Part shown: piece after piece, positions 61,395-64,000 of the stretch
Numbering within the stretch: the stretch's first letter is position 1
Layout: the number at the start of each line of letters is the position of its first letter
Assembly (NCBI GenBank): GCA_902629935.1
Contig: CACOSU010000005.1
Span: 3,548-67,547, forward strand
Source of the DNA: an uncultured Pelagibacteraceae bacterium
Lineage (GTDB): Bacteria; Pseudomonadota; Alphaproteobacteria; Pelagibacterales; Pelagibacteraceae
Direction: 5' to 3'
DNA length: 64,000 nucleotides
Program-made: the position numbers and the translations under genes
The notes under the pieces: model-generated
The model's input: only the letters and a program-made list of their open reading frames with translations
Told to the model about the DNA's origin: nothing
Databases searched by the model: none

Positions 61395-61427
61395 TAATGA
61401 TAATTAATTGTTATCAATACTAATTAT

Positions 61428-62381
61428 ATGAATGAGTTGACTACAGATCTAAAATCGCTTCATGAAGCAACATTAAATAATCTTAAAAGCTCTAAAGCAA
61501 ATAATACTTTAAGAGCTTACAAATCAGACTTTAAAGACTTCGGTGCATTTTGTGCTAAGCATGGGTTGAGTTCATTACCAACAGAACCAAAAACAGTTTC
61601 ATTATACCTAACCTATCTTTCAAAAAACTCGAAAATAAGCACATTAAGACGAAGATTGGTATCAATAAGCATGGTACACAAACTAAAAGGGCTTTATTTA
61701 GATACTAAACATCCAATTATTATTGAAAATTTAATGGGTATAAGAAGGGTAAAAGGAAGTATTCAAAAAGGTAAAAAACCCATATTAATCAATCATTTAA
61801 AATCTATAATTAATGTTATAGATGAGCAAAAAATTGAAGATATTAAAAAATTTAGAGATAAATCAATTATCTTAATTGGCTTTGGAGGAGGATTTAGACG
61901 AACAGAGCTTATTTCAATTGATCATGAGGATTTAGAATTTGTACCTGAGGGACTTAAAATCATGATTAAAAGCTCAAAAACCGACCAATTTGGTGAAGGG
62001 ATGGTTAAAGGACTACCCTACTTCAATAATAAAACTTATTGCCCAATTGTTAATCTTAAAAAATATTTAGATATTGCTAAAATTAAATCTGGACCAATTT
62101 TTAGAAGATTTTCAAAAGGTTCATCATTAACAGGTAAAAGATTAACTGACCAATCTGTAGTTTTATTAATGAAAGAATATTTGCAATTAGCAGGTATCGA
62201 AAATAAAAATTTTGCTGGTCATAGTTTAAGGTCAGGTTTTGCAACAGTAGCTGCCGACTCAGGCGCAGATGAGAGAAGTATAATGGCTATGACGGGTCAT
62301 AAATCGACTCAAATGGTAAGAAGATATATTAGAGAAGCAAATATATTTAAAAATAATGCATTAAATAAAATTAAAATATAA
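61428..62381 (+). CDS. tyrosine site-specific recombinase/integrase, Cre-like architecture
   Basis: N-terminal SAM-like domain (TLRAYKSDFKDFGAFCAKHGL...EPKTVSLYLTYL). The catalytic set comprises GGFRRTEL (Arg), AGHSLRSGFAT (His-x-x-Arg) and GHKSTQMVRRYI (His...Tyr). Confidence 0.88.
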   Translation: MNELTTDLKSLHEATLNNLKSSKANNTLRAYKSDFKDFGAFCAKHGLSSLPTEPKTVSLYLTYLSKNSKISTLRRRLVSISMVHKLKGLYLDTKHPIIIENLMGIRRVKGSIQKGKKPILINHLKSIINVIDEQKIEDIKKFRDKSIILIGFGGGFRRTELISIDHEDLEFVPEGLKIMIKSSKTDQFGEGMVKGLPYFNNKTYCPIVNLKKYLDIAKIKSGPIFRRFSKGSSLTGKRLTDQSVVLLMKEYLQLAGIENKNFAGHSLRSGFATVAADSGADERSIMAMTGHKSTQMVRRYIREANIFKNNALNKIKI

Positions 62382-62387
62382 AAAAAA

Positions 62388-63287
62388 TTATATTGATATC
62401 CAAGACTCTGGCCAAAAATCTATATTATTTGAAGGATTAATATCTCTAGGTCTAATACATATTTTATTTTCATTATTAGATAACCAAGCACCCCACCAAC
62501 TAAAAGTAGATGGACCAATAATAAAATATTTACACTGTGTTAATAAATAAAAATCATTCAGGGTTTTATCTTCTAAATTGTTTACATATAAAAATTCATT
62601 AGTTGGAAAATATCTTTCAAGATTTGTAAAATCATTGCTCCATAAAAGAAATTTTGGATTATGTACTTTAGATTTAATAAATTTGATTGATTGATAGATA
62701 TAATCTACAGTTTTAGCAACAAAATCTTGAGATTTATTAATTGAATTTTGCTCGAACTTATTAGTTATTCTTTCAGAGTATCGATTTTGTCTAACACTTA
62801 TAGATACAACATTATGTTTTTTAATAATATCTAAGTATTTATTATTACTCATATTTTTTTTAAATGAGAATTGATTAAAAAGATCATTTCTATAGTCTAG
62901 AAAATATTTTTCTGACTCAAAATTACCATCGATATAAATTTTATCATTAAAATTATCTAATTTAATAGGACTAAATTTTGTTAATTTATTTTTATCTTTT
63001 GATTCAAATAAAAAGGTTTTTTTTTTTTTAAAAAAATCACTTTTAATTTTAATCTTTTTTATTAGGTTTCTGTAATTATTAGAAAATATCCATTTTGAAG
63101 GTGCTATTTTAGATGATATGTTAAAATTATCGAGCATAAATGATCTGATATTATTTTTATAGTATCCACTGTATGGGTCTAAAAATAAATTGAGGTTATA
63201 TTTCTTTGAAATTGCATAAGCATTTGCATACATAAACAGTTGATTACCCAATCCTTCAGAAATCTTTGCAATAATTAATTTCTTCAT
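62388..63287 (-). CDS. glycosyltransferase family 11-like (alpha-1,2-fucosyltransferase fold) with divergent motif I
   Basis: N-terminal GLGNQLFMYANAYA and C-terminal IIGPSTFSWWGAWL are GT11 hallmarks. The HxRRGDY position reads ISVRQNRY. Confidence 0.7.
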   Translation of the reverse strand: MKKLIIAKISEGLGNQLFMYANAYAISKKYNLNLFLDPYSGYYKNNIRSFMLDNFNISSKIAPSKWIFSNNYRNLIKKIKIKSDFFKKKKTFLFESKDKNKLTKFSPIKLDNFNDKIYIDGNFESEKYFLDYRNDLFNQFSFKKNMSNNKYLDIIKKHNVVSISVRQNRYSERITNKFEQNSINKSQDFVAKTVDYIYQSIKFIKSKVHNPKFLLWSNDFTNLERYFPTNEFLYVNNLEDKTLNDFYLLTQCKYFIIGPSTFSWWGAWLSNNENKICIRPRDINPSNNIDFWPESWISI

Positions 63288-63291
63288 TAAA

Positions 63292-64000
63292 TTATATCTT
63301 ATAATAAATAAATTTAAGTTTATTAATTAAGTAATCAATAAACATTTCAAAGTTCATCTTTGGATTATTTAATGGACCATTGTAAGTATTTGAACCATTT
63401 CCTTTTAAATAATATTTTCTAAAATATCTTGGATTAAAACCATATTTAAGAGTAAATGTTTTTGTACCATTATTCAATTTAATCATACCTTTTCGAGAAG
63501 TTATTGAACTAAAATGATATACCTTAAATTTTGAAATAGTTTTAAAAACTCTAACATTTTTATTCCATAACTTCATACAAAAATCTGGATCAGAACCATC
63601 TCCAGGATTAAATTCCTCACTAAATCCATCTACACTATTCCATAAGTCTTTATGAATTAAATGAGGAGCCCAATGTGATCCTTGTAAATCACTAGTAGAA
63701 TCATTTTTACAAAATTCATTGAATTTTGTTTCATTAAAATTTTCAGGGCTTGAACCACAATCAAAATTTATCAAGCCATTATTAATAGATACATTTGTAC
63801 CAGTTAAATAAAATAAATTATTTGGAAATTTTTTTATTTCATTTTCTAAATGTAAATCCCAGTTTTTACAAAAAAACATATCATCATGAGCATAGAGAAT
63901 GTAATTATTATCAGCTAACTTAGCAGCTTTATTTAAAGAGCTACATAAACCAATATTTTTTGAACTGTATGTAAATAATAATTCATTACTTTTAGCAAAA
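63292..64000 (-). CDS. glycosyltransferase (GT2-like), 5' end beyond the window
   Basis: The frame stays open upstream of Met 63879 to the window edge: ...KNIGLCSSLNKAAKLADNNYILYAHDDMFFCKNWD. This is an N-x-G...N...A and acidic DD(D) layout typical of GT-A enzymes. Confidence 0.6.
   Translation of the reverse strand, partial: FAKSNELLFTYSSKNIGLCSSLNKAAKLADNNYILYAHDDMFFCKNWDLHLENEIKKFPNNLFYLTGTNVSINNGLINFDCGSSPENFNETKFNEFCKNDSTSDLQGSHWAPHLIHKDLWNSVDGFSEEFNPGDGSDPDFCMKLWNKNVRVFKTISKFKVYHFSSITSRKGMIKLNNGTKTFTLKYGFNPRYFRKYYLKGNGSNTYNGPLNNPKMNFEMFIDYLINKLKFIYYKI

Noticed and set aside
1-64000. Search for CRISPR arrays, IS elements or transposases, prophage modules, rRNA, tmRNA and tandem repeats
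   Set aside because: I saw no regularly spaced direct repeats, no transposase-like ORFs and no phage structural genes. No non-coding stretch is long enough for rRNA or tmRNA except 60318-60852, which shows no recognisable tmRNA or rRNA motifs. Only homopolymer and low-complexity A/T runs were seen.

Overview
Very AT-rich, extremely gene-dense alphaproteobacterial chromosome segment. The gene content, 1-4 nt gene overlaps and near-absent spacers fit a streamlined marine SAR11/Pelagibacterales-type genome, but that assignment is inference and was not searched. About 60 kb is core housekeeping. It includes the end of the spc operon and the alpha operon (rplO-secY-adk-rpsM-rpsK-rpoA-rplQ), topA, pyrB/pyrC-like, gatCAB and the sarcosine oxidase operon soxBDAG. 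It also includes tRNA-Ser(GCU), dapA-smpB-folK-spoT-pyrE-pdxJ-acpS-lepB-rnc-recO, glyA-nrdR-ribD-ribE-ribB(X)-ribH-nusB-thiL, a membrane pyrophosphatase, rpmF-plsX-ihfA, metY, rplM-rpsI, argC and hom. No rRNA, CRISPR array, IS element or prophage is visible. Five places stand out. (1) pyrE can only be read through a frame change inside an A9 run, and its first 13 codons lie inside the spoT 3' end. (2) The 212-nt metY leader holds two similar SAM-II/SAM-V-like pseudoknot aptamer candidates, the proximal one occluding the Shine-Dalgarno sequence. (3) A 535-bp ORF-free spacer lies between two convergent genes, which is anomalous for this genome. (4) Directly after that spacer an accessory block begins: a minimal MGMT, a tiny membrane protein, a Cre-like tyrosine recombinase and glycosyltransferases running off the window. 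(5) Several core enzymes have degenerate catalytic motifs (the PyrC-like protein lacks HxH, the RibB C-terminal domain lacks the GTP cyclohydrolase II cysteines), and an O-methyltransferase/TrhO gene pair suggests a tRNA wobble-modification module. I found no convincing novel multi-gene system such as a defence island. The accessory edge at 60.3-64 kb is the best place to look, and it is truncated by the window.
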